A stretch of DNA of 64,000 nucleotides from an uncultured Pseudomonadales bacterium. GTDB lineage: Bacteria > Pseudomonadota > Gammaproteobacteria > Pseudomonadales > JAHEIH01. Made by a program: the position numbers and the translations under genes. Positions 46,668 to 57,346 of the stretch are shown here, piece after piece. The notes below the pieces were generated by a model. The model ran no database searches and was not told the origin of the DNA. It was given only the letters and a program-made list of their open reading frames with translations. Position 1 is the first letter of the stretch. The number at the start of each line of letters is the position of its first letter. Where the stretch lies: contig CAZRAM010000001.1 in the NCBI GenBank assembly GCA_964598145.1, forward strand, positions 371,247-435,246. The letters are read 5' to 3'.

Positions 46668-49600
46668 ATGCAAAATCAACGCCTTCAAGACGCCCTAAAG
46701 CAACGCATCCTTCTCTTAGATGGTGCTATGGGAACCATGATCCAAGGGTATAAGCTTGAAGAAGCCGACTATCGTGGCGAGCGTTTTGCTGATTACGCCA
46801 TTGATGTGAAAGGCAACAATGACTTGTTGAGTCTTACTCAACCGCAGATCATCAAAGAAATCCACCTCGCCTACCTCGAGGCGGGCGCCGACATCATCGA
46901 AACCAACACGTTTAATTCCACCCAAGTTTCGCAAGCAGACTATCAATTACAGGCCTTGGCGCACGAGTTAAATCTTGCGTCGGCGCGGATTGCGCGCGAA
47001 GCTGCCGATGAAATGTCTACCCCGGAAAAACCGCGCTTTGTCGCGGGTGTGCTTGGCCCAACCTCGCGCACGGCCACCATCTCGCCCGACGTCAACGACC
47101 CCGGTTTTCGAAACATCACCTTTGATGCACTCGTCGCCGATTATTTGGTCTCGATCGACGGACTGGTAAAGGGCGGAGTTGATATCCTGCTGCTGGAAAC
47201 GATCTTTGATACGCTGAACGCCAAGGCGGCGGTATTTGCCGTACAGCAGTATTTTGATGACCACGGTATCGAACTGCCGATCATGATTTCCGGTACGATT
47301 ACCGACGCGTCTGGCCGCACACTGTCCGGCCAAACAGCGGAAGCCTTTTGGTACTCGCTGGCGCACGCTAAGCCCATTAGTATCGGTCTCAACTGCGCCC
47401 TCGGGGCGGAAGAGCTGCGCCCCTATGTCGAGGTACTAAGCAAAATCGCCAACACCCACGTGAGCGCACACCCCAACGCGGGACTGCCCAATGAGTTTGG
47501 CGAATACGACCAGAGCCCGGAGGAGATGGCCGGTATTATTCGCGAGTTCGCCGACAGTGGCTTCATCAACATTGTCGGCGGCTGCTGCGGTACGACACCT
47601 GAATTTATCCGCCAAATCGCCGCAGCGGTGGCTCCCCTGCCCCCACGTCAAATCCCCGAGCGTCCCGTGCAATGTGAATTGAGCGGTCTGGAGCCATTTG
47701 TGATCGGCGCCGACAGCCTGTTTGTTAACGTCGGGGAACGCACTAACATTACCGGCTCAGCCAAATTTGCACGCCTTATCCGCGAGGAGGACTACGATAC
47801 CGCGCTAGATATCGCACGTGATCAAGTGGAGAACGGTGCACAAATCATCGACATCAACATGGACGAAGGCATGCTGGATTCGAAGGCAGCGATGGTGCGC
47901 TTTTTGAATCTGATTGCAGCCGAGCCGGATATTTGCCGCGTCCCCATTATGGTCGACTCGTCAAAATGGGACATCATAGAAGCCGGTTTGAAATGCATTC
48001 AAGGCAAGGCCATTGTGAACTCGATCAGCCTCAAGGAAGGCGAAGCGGAATTCATTGAAAAAGCCACCCTGTGCAAACGCTACGGCGCAGCCGTGGTGGT
48101 TATGGCGTTCGACGAGAGCGGTCAAGCGGATACCTTAGAGCGCAAGAAGGACATCTGCGAGCGCTCCTACCGGGTGTTGGTCGACAAGGTGGGCTTCCCG
48201 CCGCAGGACATTATTTTTGACCCCAATATCTTTGCCATCGCCACCGGTATCGAAGAGCACAACAACTACGCGGTGGATTTTATCGAGGCCACCCGCTGGA
48301 TCACGCAAAACCTTCCACACGCCATGGTGTCGGGCGGCGTGAGCAACGTTTCGTTCTCATTCCGCGGTAACAACATCGTGCGTGAAGCGATCCACGCGGT
48401 ATTCCTATACCACGCTATTCGCGCCGGGTTGACCATGGCCATTGTTAACGCCGGTCAGTTGGCCATTTACGAGGATATCCCAAGGGAACTGCGCGATGCG
48501 GTGGAGGATATCGTGCTTAATCGCCGCGAAGATGCCACCGAGCGCATGCTGGATATGGCGCAAAAATACAGTGGCGACAGCGCCAAGGTGCGCGAAGAAG
48601 ACCTTAGCTGGCGCGAACTGCCTGTGAATAAGCGCCTTGAACACGCCTTGGTCAAAGGGATTAACGCCTATATCGACAGCGACGTGGAAGAGGCCCGCGC
48701 GGCCGCAACGCGCCCCATTGAGGTCATCGAAGGTCCATTGATGGACGGTATGAACGTGGTCGGCGATTTGTTTGGTGAGGGCAAAATGTTCCTGCCGCAA
48801 GTGGTTAAGTCAGCGCGCGTGATGAAACAAGCAGTAGCCTACCTACTGCCCTACATAGAAGCGGAGTCAGAAGGTGGCGCGCGGCAGAGCAACGGCAAAA
48901 TATTGATGGCTACCGTCAAAGGCGATGTGCACGACATTGGCAAAAACATCGTCGGCGTGGTACTGCAGTGCAATAACTTTGAAGTCATCGATATGGGCGT
49001 GATGGTACCGTGCGAAGACATCCTCAAAAAGGCGCGCGAAGAAAACGTCGATTTGATTGGCCTAAGTGGCCTTATTACCCCCTCGTTAGATGAAATGGTA
49101 CATGTGGCCCGCGAGATGCAGCGTCTCAACTTTCAGATCCCGTTGATGATTGGTGGTGCGACCACCTCTAAGGCTCACACCGCGGTGAAGATCGAACCGC
49201 AGTACCAAAACGATATTGCCGTTTACGTGGCAGACGCGTCTCGTTCGGTCACAGTGGCGCAAAACTTACTCGGCGGCGATGCCAAACAAACCTTCATCGA
49301 CGGCGTACGCAGCGACTATGAAGTTGTGCGCGAGCGCAACGCAGGTCGCCGCGCCAAGAGCGAGGCGCTGAGCTACCAGGCCGCGCTAGCCAATAAATTC
49401 GCCCCCGATTGGTCCACTTATCAACCGCCAGTGCCTTCCTTTACCGGGGTTCGAGTATTCGATAATTACGACATCCATAGCCTGATCGATACCATTGACT
49501 GGACCCCATTCTTTATTTCATGGGATCTAGCGGGTAAGTATCCCAACATTCTTCAGGACGAAGTGGTTGGCGAAGCGGCAACCAACTTGTTTAACGACGC

Positions 49601-50360
49601 CCAGGCCATGCTGCGCAAGATCGTCGACGAAAAATGGATCACAGCCCGTGCGGCGGTCGGTTTCTGGCCAGCAAATAGCCGCGATGATGACATCATCGTG
49701 TACAGCGATGAGGCGCGACAGCAGAAATTGGCCACCCTGCACCACATCCGCCAGCAAATGCAGCGCCAGGACAGCAAGCCCAATCAATCGTTGGCAGACT
49801 TCATCGCACCCGTAGACAGTGGACTGAGTGATTATGTGGGCGGCTTTGTCGTCACCGCCGGCCACGGTGTCGAGGAGCGCGCTAAGGCGTTTGAAGCAGC
49901 ACACGATGACTACAGCAGCATCATGCTTAAAGCTTTGGCCGATCGACTCGCCGAAGCCTTTGCCGAGCACATGCATCTGCGGGTACGCAAGGAACTATGG
50001 GCTTACGACAGCGATGAGAACCTCAGCAATGAAGACTTGATTCGCGAGCGTTACCGCGGCATTCGCCCCGCGCCAGGTTACCCGGCCTGCCCCGATCACA
50101 CCGAAAAAGCGACCTTGTTCTCGCTGTTAGAAGCCGAGGCGAACACCGATGTGTCATTAACCAGCGCTTTTGCCATGAACCCAGCCTCAAGTGTGAGTGG
50201 CTGGTACTTCTCACACCCCGAGGCGCGCTATTTCGCCACAGGTAAGATTGGTCGAGATCAAGTAGCCAGCTTGGCTAGTAGAAAGGGACTTGCTCACGAC
50301 GAGATGGAACGTTGGCTTAGTCCCGTGTTAAACTATGACCCTTTAAAGACAAGTGCCTAA
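46668..50360 (+). CDS. metH: cobalamin-dependent methionine synthase
   Basis: 1230 aa with an Hcy-binding domain ([11 protein letters not shown]), a pterin-binding domain, the B12-binding motif [11 protein letters not shown] and a C-terminal AdoMet activation domain. Confidence 0.95.
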   Translation: MQNQRLQDALKQRILLLDGAMGTMIQGYKLEEADYRGERFADYAIDVKGNNDLLSLTQPQIIKEIHLAYLEAGADIIETNTFNSTQVSQADYQLQALAHELNLASARIAREAADEMSTPEKPRFVAGVLGPTSRTATISPDVNDPGFRNITFDALVADYLVSIDGLVKGGVDILLLETIFDTLNAKAAVFAVQQYFDDHGIELPIMISGTITDASGRTLSGQTAEAFWYSLAHAKPISIGLNCALGAEELRPYVEVLSKIANTHVSAHPNAGLPNEFGEYDQSPEEMAGIIREFADSGFINIVGGCCGTTPEFIRQIAAAVAPLPPRQIPERPVQCELSGLEPFVIGADSLFVNVGERTNITGSAKFARLIREEDYDTALDIARDQVENGAQIIDINMDEGMLDSKAAMVRFLNLIAAEPDICRVPIMVDSSKWDIIEAGLKCIQGKAIVNSISLKEGEAEFIEKATLCKRYGAAVVVMAFDESGQADTLERKKDICERSYRVLVDKVGFPPQDIIFDPNIFAIATGIEEHNNYAVDFIEATRWITQNLPHAMVSGGVSNVSFSFRGNNIVREAIHAVFLYHAIRAGLTMAIVNAGQLAIYEDIPRELRDAVEDIVLNRREDATERMLDMAQKYSGDSAKVREEDLSWRELPVNKRLEHALVKGINAYIDSDVEEARAAATRPIEVIEGPLMDGMNVVGDLFGEGKMFLPQVVKSARVMKQAVAYLLPYIEAESEGGARQSNGKILMATVKGDVHDIGKNIVGVVLQCNNFEVIDMGVMVPCEDILKKAREENVDLIGLSGLITPSLDEMVHVAREMQRLNFQIPLMIGGATTSKAHTAVKIEPQYQNDIAVYVADASRSVTVAQNLLGGDAKQTFIDGVRSDYEVVRERNAGRRAKSEALSYQAALANKFAPDWSTYQPPVPSFTGVRVFDNYDIHSLIDTIDWTPFFISWDLAGKYPNILQDEVVGEAATNLFNDAQAMLRKIVDEKWITARAAVGFWPANSRDDDIIVYSDEARQQKLATLHHIRQQMQRQDSKPNQSLADFIAPVDSGLSDYVGGFVVTAGHGVEERAKAFEAAHDDYSSIMLKALADRLAEAFAEHMHLRVRKELWAYDSDENLSNEDLIRERYRGIRPAPGYPACPDHTEKATLFSLLEAEANTDVSLTSAFAMNPASSVSGWYFSHPEARYFATGKIGRDQVASLASRKGLAHDEMERWLSPVLNYDPLKTSA

Positions 50361-50388
50361 ACTGGCATAGCGACGTAGGGTATTATTC

Positions 50389-50607
50389 ATGAGCGAGCAA
50401 CAAGAACAGCCACCAAAACAAGCACCCAGTGTGGGTGCGGTAGTCTTTGCCGTGCTAGCCAGCGCCTTTGGGGTGAACAGCTCGAAAAACCGCGAGAAGG
50501 ATTTTAACGCTAAATCAGCGACGCCCTTTATTATTGCCGGCATCATCTTCACCATCGTCTTCATGCTGAGTGTCTATGGTGTTGTGCAGTTAGTACTTCC
50601 TGAATAG
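50389..50607 (+). CDS. DUF2970 small membrane protein
   Basis: 72 aa. The pattern ...VLASAFGVNSSKNREKDF... followed by one C-terminal TM helix is as in DUF2970. Confidence 0.6.
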   Translation: MSEQQEQPPKQAPSVGAVVFAVLASAFGVNSSKNREKDFNAKSATPFIIAGIIFTIVFMLSVYGVVQLVLPE

Positions 50608-50623
50608 CGGCTTTTACAAGACC

Positions 50624-50652
50624 AAAAAAAACGGGCCGCGGCCCGTTTTTTT
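50624..50652. terminator. bidirectional rho-independent terminator (AAAAAAAACGGGCC-GC-GGCCCGTTTTTTT)
   Basis: Perfect GC-rich hairpin flanked by A8 and T7 tracts. Confidence 0.7.
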
Positions 50653-50663
50653 ATGTGGATTTG

Positions 50664-50777
50664 TTAGGCAGGCATCCCGCTCAACCAAAACACAACTGTG
50701 CTAACTACCAGCGCGATGATTGCAGTAGCAGCGATAGCGTCGGCAGCGCCGTCGTTGTAGTTGTTGTTGTCAGACAT
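50664..50777 (-). CDS. candidate 37-aa small membrane protein (below ORF-track cutoff)
   Basis: MSDNNNYNDGAADAIAATAIIALVVSTVVFWLSGMPA. A GGGAG RBS lies 7 nt upstream, there is one hydrophobic helix, and the gene ends 12 nt before the bidirectional terminator. Confidence 0.3.
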   Translation of the reverse strand: MSDNNNYNDGAADAIAATAIIALVVSTVVFWLSGMPA

Positions 50778-50881
50778 GGTAACTCCCATTAGAACTGATG
50801 ATATTTCCGCCATGCGGGCCTAAATTCAGGGCGTGATTATACAGTTTTCCCCCTAAAGATGAAGTGCGATTCCACACACTT

Positions 50882-50906
50882 ATATTCTTAAATGAAATAA
50901 GAATAT
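50882..50906. promoter_or_regulatory. dyad ATATTCTTA-N7-TAAGAATAT upstream of cysI (candidate regulator site)
   Basis: Perfect 9-bp inverted arms. TTATATTCTT is also directly repeated at 50880-50889 and 50911-50920, about 60-100 nt upstream of the cysI start. Confidence 0.25.
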
Positions 50907-50979
50907 TGCTTTATATTCTTCGATGATATTAAAAAGGTTGGTTATGATAGCGCCATTCTAACCTGCTAGGATTTTTTGC

Positions 50980-52647
50980 ATGTATCGCTATAACGAGCAT
51001 GATCACCAGACATTGATCGAACGCGTTGCCCAGTTCCGCGACCAAACTCAGCGCTATCTCGACGGCAAGCTTGCCGATCATGAGTTCTTACCCCTGCGTC
51101 TGCAAAATGGCCTGTATATTCAGCGCCAGGCGCCCATGCTGCGTATTAACATTCCCTACGGCATGCTCAATACTAAGCAACTGCGTCGTTTGGCTGTGAT
51201 AAGTCGCCGTTACGACAAGGGTTACGGCCACATTTCCACGCGTCAAAACATTCAATTGAACTGGCCCACGTTGGAAAGTGTGCCCGACATCTTGGCTGAA
51301 TTGGCCGAGGTGGAAATGCACGCGATTCAATCCAGCGGTAGCTGTATTCGCAATATTACGTCGGACCAGTTCGCTGGCGTCGCCCAAGATGAAGTGGCTG
51401 ACCCCCGCCCCTACTGCGAATTGATTCGTCAGTGGTCGACCTTCCACCCTGAGTTCGCGTTCTTACCACGCAAATTTAAAATCGCTGTAAACGGCTCGCA
51501 CGCCGATCGCGCGGCGGTGCAATTTCACGATATCGGAATTGAATTAATCGAAAGCGATGGCGCACTGGCTTGCCGTATCTTCGTGGGTGGCGGCTTGGGT
51601 CGCACCCCAATGGTCGGTGAAGTGATCCACGAAGCGCTGCCACCGCAGCATCTACTGACATATTTAGAAGCCATTTTGCGTGTTTATAACCAACACGGAC
51701 GCCGCGACAACAAGTACAAGGCGCGCATCAAGATATTGGTCAAAGCGATGGGCATCGAAGCCTTCCGCGCGCAGGTCGAACACGAGTGGCTGCACTTCTT
51801 AAAAGATGGCCCCTCTACGCTCACCGACAAGGACATCGCCTGGGCGGCGTCTTTCTTTACCGAGCCCGACTACCAGACGGCGGCAATAGCCGATGTAGAA
51901 CAAACGCTGGTTGAACAACGTGTTCAACATCTGGCGTTTGATCGCTGGATGGAGCGCAACGTGCAGCAGCACAAGCAAGCTAATTATGCGGTTGTGAACC
52001 TTTCTCTCAAGCCCGCCGGCGTAGCGCCTGGCGACGTCACTGCCGATCAAATGGAAGCGATTGCCGATATGGCCGATCGTTACAGCTTTGGTGAGATCCG
52101 CACCACCCACCAACAAAACATGGTGTTGGCGGATGTACACCGCAGCGATTTATTCGCGCTGTGGGGCGAGCTAAAAGCCAAAGGCCTGGCGACTCCCAAC
52201 ATCGGTTACCTGACTGACATGATCTGCTGCCCCGGTGGCGATTACTGCTCGCTGGCGAATGCCAAATCGATTCCTGTGGCGGAGGCGATTCAGCAGCGCT
52301 TCGACGACCTAGACTACTTGTACGACCTAGGCACGATCGACCTCAATATTTCTGGCTGTATGAATGCCTGTGGCCACCACCACATCGGCCATATTGGCAT
52401 CTTGGGTGTTGATAAAAAAGGTGAAGAGTTCTTCCAAGTGTGCCTTGGCGGCGACTCCGGCAGTGATGGCCGTATCGCCAAGATCCTTGGACCTTCATTT
52501 AAGGCGGAAGAAATCCCGGAAGTGATCGCCCAACTTCTGCAGTGCTATGTTGGCCTGCGCTACGACGACGAATTGTTTATCGACACGGTCAAGCGTGTCG
52601 GCATTGATCCCTTTAAGGAGACGGTATATGGCAAAAAAGCTGCTTAG
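50980..52647 (+). CDS. cysI: sulfite reductase hemoprotein-type nitrite/sulfite reductase
   Basis: Two NIR_SIR ferredoxin-like/4Fe-4S-siroheme halves. The cluster-binding Cys are at MICCPGGDYCSLA and GCMNACGHHHIG. Confidence 0.85.
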   Translation: MYRYNEHDHQTLIERVAQFRDQTQRYLDGKLADHEFLPLRLQNGLYIQRQAPMLRINIPYGMLNTKQLRRLAVISRRYDKGYGHISTRQNIQLNWPTLESVPDILAELAEVEMHAIQSSGSCIRNITSDQFAGVAQDEVADPRPYCELIRQWSTFHPEFAFLPRKFKIAVNGSHADRAAVQFHDIGIELIESDGALACRIFVGGGLGRTPMVGEVIHEALPPQHLLTYLEAILRVYNQHGRRDNKYKARIKILVKAMGIEAFRAQVEHEWLHFLKDGPSTLTDKDIAWAASFFTEPDYQTAAIADVEQTLVEQRVQHLAFDRWMERNVQQHKQANYAVVNLSLKPAGVAPGDVTADQMEAIADMADRYSFGEIRTTHQQNMVLADVHRSDLFALWGELKAKGLATPNIGYLTDMICCPGGDYCSLANAKSIPVAEAIQQRFDDLDYLYDLGTIDLNISGCMNACGHHHIGHIGILGVDKKGEEFFQVCLGGDSGSDGRIAKILGPSFKAEEIPEVIAQLLQCYVGLRYDDELFIDTVKRVGIDPFKETVYGKKAA

Positions 52648-53131
52648 TAATGGCGCGGTTGTCTACGACAACTGGCACGTCCTCGACGACAGCGTCGAGA
52701 TCGATAAGGCTAGCGATATCCCCGCCGGCAAGGTGATCGTCTCGTTAAACCACTGGCGTAACCATCACGCCGCCCTGTTGTCGCGTGGCGCTGAAAAGTT
52801 AGGGTTGTTGTTGCAACCCGACCAATCGCCTCGTTTGGTGGCAGGAGAACTGCCTCAGGTATCTGTGGTGGCCATTAATTTTCCTGTCTTCACCGATGGA
52901 CGCGGTTACAGCTACGCACGCGAGTTGCGTGAGCAACTGGGATTTGAGGGTGAAATTCGCGCTGTTGGCGATGTGTTAATCGACCAGTTATACGCCATGC
53001 GCCGCTGTGGTTTTGACGCCTTCGTACTGCGTAAGGAAGAAGATATCGAGGACGCTAATAGCTATTTATCGACCTTTACCTTCCCCTATCAAGGCGCAGT
53101 GGATGACCCTCGCCCGCTGTGGCACCGATAG
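52628..53131 (+). CDS. DUF934 protein (CysI-associated)
   Basis: FTDGRGYSYARELREQLGFEGEIRAVGDVLIDQLYAMRRCGFDAF is the DUF934 signature. I chose the ATG at 52628 because of the AAGGAG RBS. It overlaps the cysI 3' end. Confidence 0.75.
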   Translation: MAKKLLSNGAVVYDNWHVLDDSVEIDKASDIPAGKVIVSLNHWRNHHAALLSRGAEKLGLLLQPDQSPRLVAGELPQVSVVAINFPVFTDGRGYSYARELREQLGFEGEIRAVGDVLIDQLYAMRRCGFDAFVLRKEEDIEDANSYLSTFTFPYQGAVDDPRPLWHR

Positions 53132-53178
53132 TCGTATTTGCCTATCGTTAGGCTGGTATCTCTGCTATAAATAAACGC

Positions 53179-54345
53179 ATGGATGCTAGCCTCACTACCT
53201 CATTTTTTCTTATCTTTAGCGGTGCAGCTGTTCTTGCGACATTTGCCCTCTATACCCGTCAGCCGCTGTTGATCGCCTATATTGTTTTGGGCGCCTTGGT
53301 CGGTCCGTACGGGCTCGCCTATATCAATGATCTGAGCTTATTATCTGATATTTCCCATATCGGCATTATCTTTCTGCTATTCCTGCTCGGACTAGACATG
53401 CAGCCCCAGGCGCTAGTGGCCATGCTGCGCAAGGCAACCACCGTTGCGCTGTTTAGCTCATTTTCTTTTGCTTTAATAGGCTACGCCATCAGCCGCGCCT
53501 TTGGTTTTCCCAATACCGAATCGTGGATTGTGGGCTTGGCCATGATGTTCAGCTCCACCATTATCGGCATTAAATTACTACCGACGACGGTGTTGCACCA
53601 CAAGCACACCGGTGAGTTGATGATTGGTCTGTTGCTATTGCAGGATGTGATCGCCATTTTCGTGCTGCTGTTTTTGTTCAGCGGCAGTTCTGGGGAGTTC
53701 GATTTACCTGGACTAGGCCTTACCTTGCTCGCACTACCCGTGATTATTTTGTTGGCCTTTGGCTTTGTCCGCTATGTATTGCTGGCCTTATTACAGCGCT
53801 TTGACCGCTTTCACGAGTACATTTTTTTGATAGCTATTGGCTGGTGTTTGGGGGTGGCCGAAGCAGCCCATGCGGCCGGTTTATCGGCCGAAATAGGTGC
53901 ATTTATCGCCGGCATTAGCTTGGCGAGCAGTCCCATTTCGCAGTACATCGCCATTAGCCTAAAGCCTTTGCGAGACTTCTTCTTAATCTTGTTTTTCTTC
54001 TCGCTGGGCGCGCGTTTCGATCTGACGGTATTAGGCAGCATTATCATCCCCGCTATCGCGCTGTCTGTGGTGATTCTGGGCGCCAAACCCGTCATATTCC
54101 GCTTCTTACTGCGCAAGCTCAGCGAAAACAACCGCCTCGCCTGGGATGTTGGCTTCCGCCTAGGGCAAATTAGCGAATTCTCGCTGCTAATTGCCTACGT
54201 CGCCTTTGCCAATGCCCTGATCGGCAAAGAGGCCTCACACCTGATCCAGGCAACGGCGATTATTACCTTCTTGGTATCGTCTTACATCGTAGTGTTCAAC
54301 TACCCCAATCCGATTGCCGTCAGCGACCGCCTGCGCCGCGACTAA
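53179..54345 (+). CDS. cation:proton antiporter (CPA2/Kef-type membrane domain)
   Basis: 388 aa with about 12 TM helices and Na_H_exchanger family patterns (LGALVGPYGL..., GLDM...). There is no KTN domain. Confidence 0.75.
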   Translation: MDASLTTSFFLIFSGAAVLATFALYTRQPLLIAYIVLGALVGPYGLAYINDLSLLSDISHIGIIFLLFLLGLDMQPQALVAMLRKATTVALFSSFSFALIGYAISRAFGFPNTESWIVGLAMMFSSTIIGIKLLPTTVLHHKHTGELMIGLLLLQDVIAIFVLLFLFSGSSGEFDLPGLGLTLLALPVIILLAFGFVRYVLLALLQRFDRFHEYIFLIAIGWCLGVAEAAHAAGLSAEIGAFIAGISLASSPISQYIAISLKPLRDFFLILFFFSLGARFDLTVLGSIIIPAIALSVVILGAKPVIFRFLLRKLSENNRLAWDVGFRLGQISEFSLLIAYVAFANALIGKEASHLIQATAIITFLVSSYIVVFNYPNPIAVSDRLRRD

Positions 54346-54346
54346 A

Positions 54347-55120
54347 CTAATCGATATTCAATATTTGGGTTTGGTGTCGCGTAGCATCGTAGGGAAAACC
54401 ATCTACACTTAGCACGTGGGGGCTATTTTCTTGCCCTAGCGTCCACCGGTCGGGGTAGCCATCACCATCACTATCGAGCCGCGCTGTCGCGTCGTTTGGA
54501 AAGGCGTCTTCACTATCAGCGTACATATCGCCGTCGCTATCCGGACCGTCTAATGTCACGTTGCTCAGCAAAAATGAAACACCGCCTAGGTTATCGTAGG
54601 TTTGACGATCGACGTCAAAGAACAAGACGAAGCCGGCGTTTTTTACTTGGAGTCGCTCACCTTTGGGGGCAAAAACATGGGCCAATTCAGGGGTAGCACG
54701 CGGTGCAAATATCGTCGGGGCAGGCATATTCAAAATGGCATCGCCGGGTATCCAAACAATGGGCTTACCGTTGTAAAAACGTCGATTAAGTGGGCTTAGG
54801 GTCACATCGGTCGCGTAGACAATGGTGGACCACTGCCAACCTTGTAAGCAGTCAATTCCAAAGCGATCACAACCCTCGTTCTCTCCTGCCCAGGCGTGGC
54901 GTGCGGTAAATTTACCCCCTTGGGCGGGTGTAATGGGGTCAACCTGATAAATGCCAGGCTCAAGCCATACCCTTATCGGGTTGGCAAAACCATTGTTACG
55001 CGCATCAATATCGATTATTTGCTTAAACGCCTGAGGGGATGCGTCGGACAATTGCGGCGCCTTCGAAGGCGAGCTACACCCGAAAAGGCTTAATGTGATT
55101 AAGGCAAAAAGGACACGCAT
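54347..55120 (-). CDS. lipoprotein with thrombospondin type-3-like Ca-binding repeats
   Basis: Lipobox LSLFGCS and C-terminal DSDGDMYADSEDAFPND...DSDGDGYPDRW repeats. Confidence 0.55.
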   Translation of the reverse strand: MRVLFALITLSLFGCSSPSKAPQLSDASPQAFKQIIDIDARNNGFANPIRVWLEPGIYQVDPITPAQGGKFTARHAWAGENEGCDRFGIDCLQGWQWSTIVYATDVTLSPLNRRFYNGKPIVWIPGDAILNMPAPTIFAPRATPELAHVFAPKGERLQVKNAGFVLFFDVDRQTYDNLGGVSFLLSNVTLDGPDSDGDMYADSEDAFPNDATARLDSDGDGYPDRWTLGQENSPHVLSVDGFPYDATRHQTQILNID

Positions 55121-55128
55121 AAGTTTTC

Positions 55129-55674
55129 TTAGGGGCTAGGTAAATAAAATGTTTCGCCGTGACTCATGATGTAGGCGTTTTCGTCCTCATCAAGCTCGGC
55201 TAAAGCCGCTAATTGGTAGAACACATTGCGGTGCAGCAAGGCCTTCATACCATTGCGGATAGGCAGACAAGGTAACTGCTGACCATGGTAGGGAATGGTT
55301 TCAAAGGCCAAGGGTTTGGCCAAATGGATGCGCTCGTTGGTATTGGTGGTAAAGAACAATTCGGCCTGCTCCCCCTCACCTACTTTCACAACGCTTAAAA
55401 TCACAATCGGCGCGCACTCCACCGTAATGGCGAGCTTTTCAGCGGGCGTGACGATATAGTGGGTATCGCCCTCTTTACGCAGTAACTTGGCGAACAATTG
55501 CACCAGCGCGTCACGCTCAAACTTTGTTCCCTCGTGGTACCAGTGGCCTTCGCGATCGATGCGAATATCGATTGTCCCTTCGTGGCTAGGCTGCCAATCC
55601 ATGACCGGAGGGTAATCCTTGTATTGCTGAGAAATCGCGGTCAATTGTTGTTCTAAATCTTGCAGGCTCATCAC
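55129..55674 (-). CDS. DUF1285 domain protein
   Basis: PPVMDWQPSHEGTIDIRIDREGHWYHEGTKFERDALVQLFAKLL matches the DUF1285 N-terminal pattern. Confidence 0.7.
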   Translation of the reverse strand: MMSLQDLEQQLTAISQQYKDYPPVMDWQPSHEGTIDIRIDREGHWYHEGTKFERDALVQLFAKLLRKEGDTHYIVTPAEKLAITVECAPIVILSVVKVGEGEQAELFFTTNTNERIHLAKPLAFETIPYHGQQLPCLPIRNGMKALLHRNVFYQLAALAELDEDENAYIMSHGETFYLPSP

Positions 55675-55765
55675 GTTTCCTTGGCTAAATTATGAGGCTA
55701 TTGTATAGCATTTAAACAATTAAAAGGCAGGGGTAAGAAGTTGTCATAAAAAGGCGAATTCAGCG

Positions 55766-55794
55766 TTGACGTACTCGGTCTCGGACGGTATTAT
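55766..55794 (+). promoter_or_regulatory. sigma70 promoter of the tRNA operon (TTGACG-N17-TATTAT, GC-rich discriminator GCGCGC)
   Basis: Near-consensus hexamers with a 17-bp spacer, 50 nt upstream of tRNA-Pro. The GC-rich discriminator is typical of stringently controlled stable-RNA promoters. Confidence 0.55.
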
Positions 55795-55844
55795 GCGCGC
55801 ACTTTCTCGTTGAGGAAGCACTTTTACTGCAGTTGGTAGTATTT

Positions 55845-55921
55845 CGGGGTATAGCGCAGTCTGGTAGCGCGCCTGCTTTGGGAGCAGGATGTCGGGAGTT
55901 CGAATCTCTCTACCCCGACCA
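55845..55921 (+). tRNA. tRNA-Pro (anticodon TGG)
   Basis: Folded by hand: acceptor CGGGGTA/TACCCCG, anticodon stem CCTGC/GCAGG with loop TTTGGGA, T-arm GGGAG-TTCGAAT-CTCTC, encoded CCA. Length 77 nt. Confidence 0.9.
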
Positions 55922-55946
55922 CTCTATCGATCTCCAGGATTTCTGA

Positions 55947-56023
<77 letters not shown>

Positions 56024-56038
56024 ATTTTGCAGAGTAAT

Positions 56039-56115
56039 GGTGGGCGTAGCTCAGTTGGTAGAGCCCCGGATTGTGATTCCGGTCGTCGTGGGTTCGAATC
56101 CCATCGTCCACCCCA
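56039..56115 (+). tRNA. tRNA-His (anticodon GTG) with encoded G-1
   Basis: The extra 5' G (GGTGGGCG...) pairs with C73. Anticodon stem CCGGA/TCCGG with loop TTGTGAT; the gene ends ...CCACCCCA. It is close to the E. coli tRNA-His layout. Confidence 0.9.
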
Positions 56116-56315
56116 TTCTTCTAGTACTCCCCAGTTAATTTTTCCAAATGCATCACTAATCCGGTCTTTTTATTGCCCCGGATGGACTCGTCACGTCCTG
56201 TGACTCGCCCATTCTCATTATCCACAATGCTGTTTTCTTAGATTAGCCAATGCACGCTTGCCCATTTGGCTACGCCCCCTTAAGGTTGGTTTCACCTTTC
56301 TAGGAGAACCTTGAT

Positions 56316-57314
56316 ATGTTGCATCGCACCAATCGCCATCGTTTTATTACAGGCTTATTGTCTTCCCTGTTAATCGCCGTTGTCGCACCCTCTTCGCTCG
56401 CTGCAGAGCCGGAACCAATTATCGACGTGCACGTGCACGCGATGCAGATTCGTCCCGGTGTAGGCCCCATGTGCCCCTGGTTCTTGACCGACATGCCGGG
56501 AGGCGATCCTCACCTGGAACCACCGGCTTTTTTAAACACCGATTGCGACAACCCGCTAAAGGCGGCCACATCTACCGAGGATTACCAAGCGCAAGCGCTG
56601 GCAGAGGCCGAAAGACTTAACGTCACTATGGTGGTAGGTGGCGATGATGACGTTCTGCGTAGTTTCAAAAAAGCCAATCCAAAGCGAGTGATACCCTCGT
56701 TGTCGTTTAGCAGTGCGGAGGATATCTCACTGCAAGATTTTCGAAACAAGCTCGAAAGCGGCTTCTACAAAGTGGTTGGCGAGGTTGCTCCGCAGTATCG
56801 TGGCATGTCACCCTCTGATATGTCGTTAGATCCCTATTTTGGTGTTGCTGAAGAGCTCAAGATTCCGGTCGCGATCCACATGGGCACGGGCGGCAATGGC
56901 ATGGCCAATATTACCCAGCCAAACTACAGAGCCTCGGTTGGCCACCCGTTTGAATTGGAAGCATTACTTGCACGCCATCCGAAACTTAAAATTTGGGTCA
57001 TGCACGCTGGCTACCCGATGGCGGACGCCATGATTGCGCTAATGGGGGCGCACGCCTACGTCTATGTGGATGTGGCAGGAATGATTTGGAGCTATCCTCT
57101 GGCCGAGGTCAATCGCTACATTGAGCGATTAGCTACCGCGGGGTTTGCCAAGCGTATTTTATACGGCACGGACCTACTGCTGTGGCCTGGCCTGATGGAA
57201 ACATCCATCAATGTGATTAAAGACGCCGACTATCTTAGCGAACAACAAAAGCGTGATATCTTATTTAACAATGCCGTGCGCTTCTTCAATCTAGACACCA
57301 ATGACTTCAAGTAA
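56316..57314 (+). CDS. secreted amidohydrolase-family (Amidohydro_2-like) metal-dependent hydrolase
   Basis: Signal peptide, then IIDVHVHA metal-binding start and later HMG/HAGYP motifs. Confidence 0.7.
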   Translation: MLHRTNRHRFITGLLSSLLIAVVAPSSLAAEPEPIIDVHVHAMQIRPGVGPMCPWFLTDMPGGDPHLEPPAFLNTDCDNPLKAATSTEDYQAQALAEAERLNVTMVVGGDDDVLRSFKKANPKRVIPSLSFSSAEDISLQDFRNKLESGFYKVVGEVAPQYRGMSPSDMSLDPYFGVAEELKIPVAIHMGTGGNGMANITQPNYRASVGHPFELEALLARHPKLKIWVMHAGYPMADAMIALMGAHAYVYVDVAGMIWSYPLAEVNRYIERLATAGFAKRILYGTDLLLWPGLMETSINVIKDADYLSEQQKRDILFNNAVRFFNLDTNDFK

Positions 57315-57346
57315 AACAATGACTTGAGGCGGCTTTTAAATGTATC

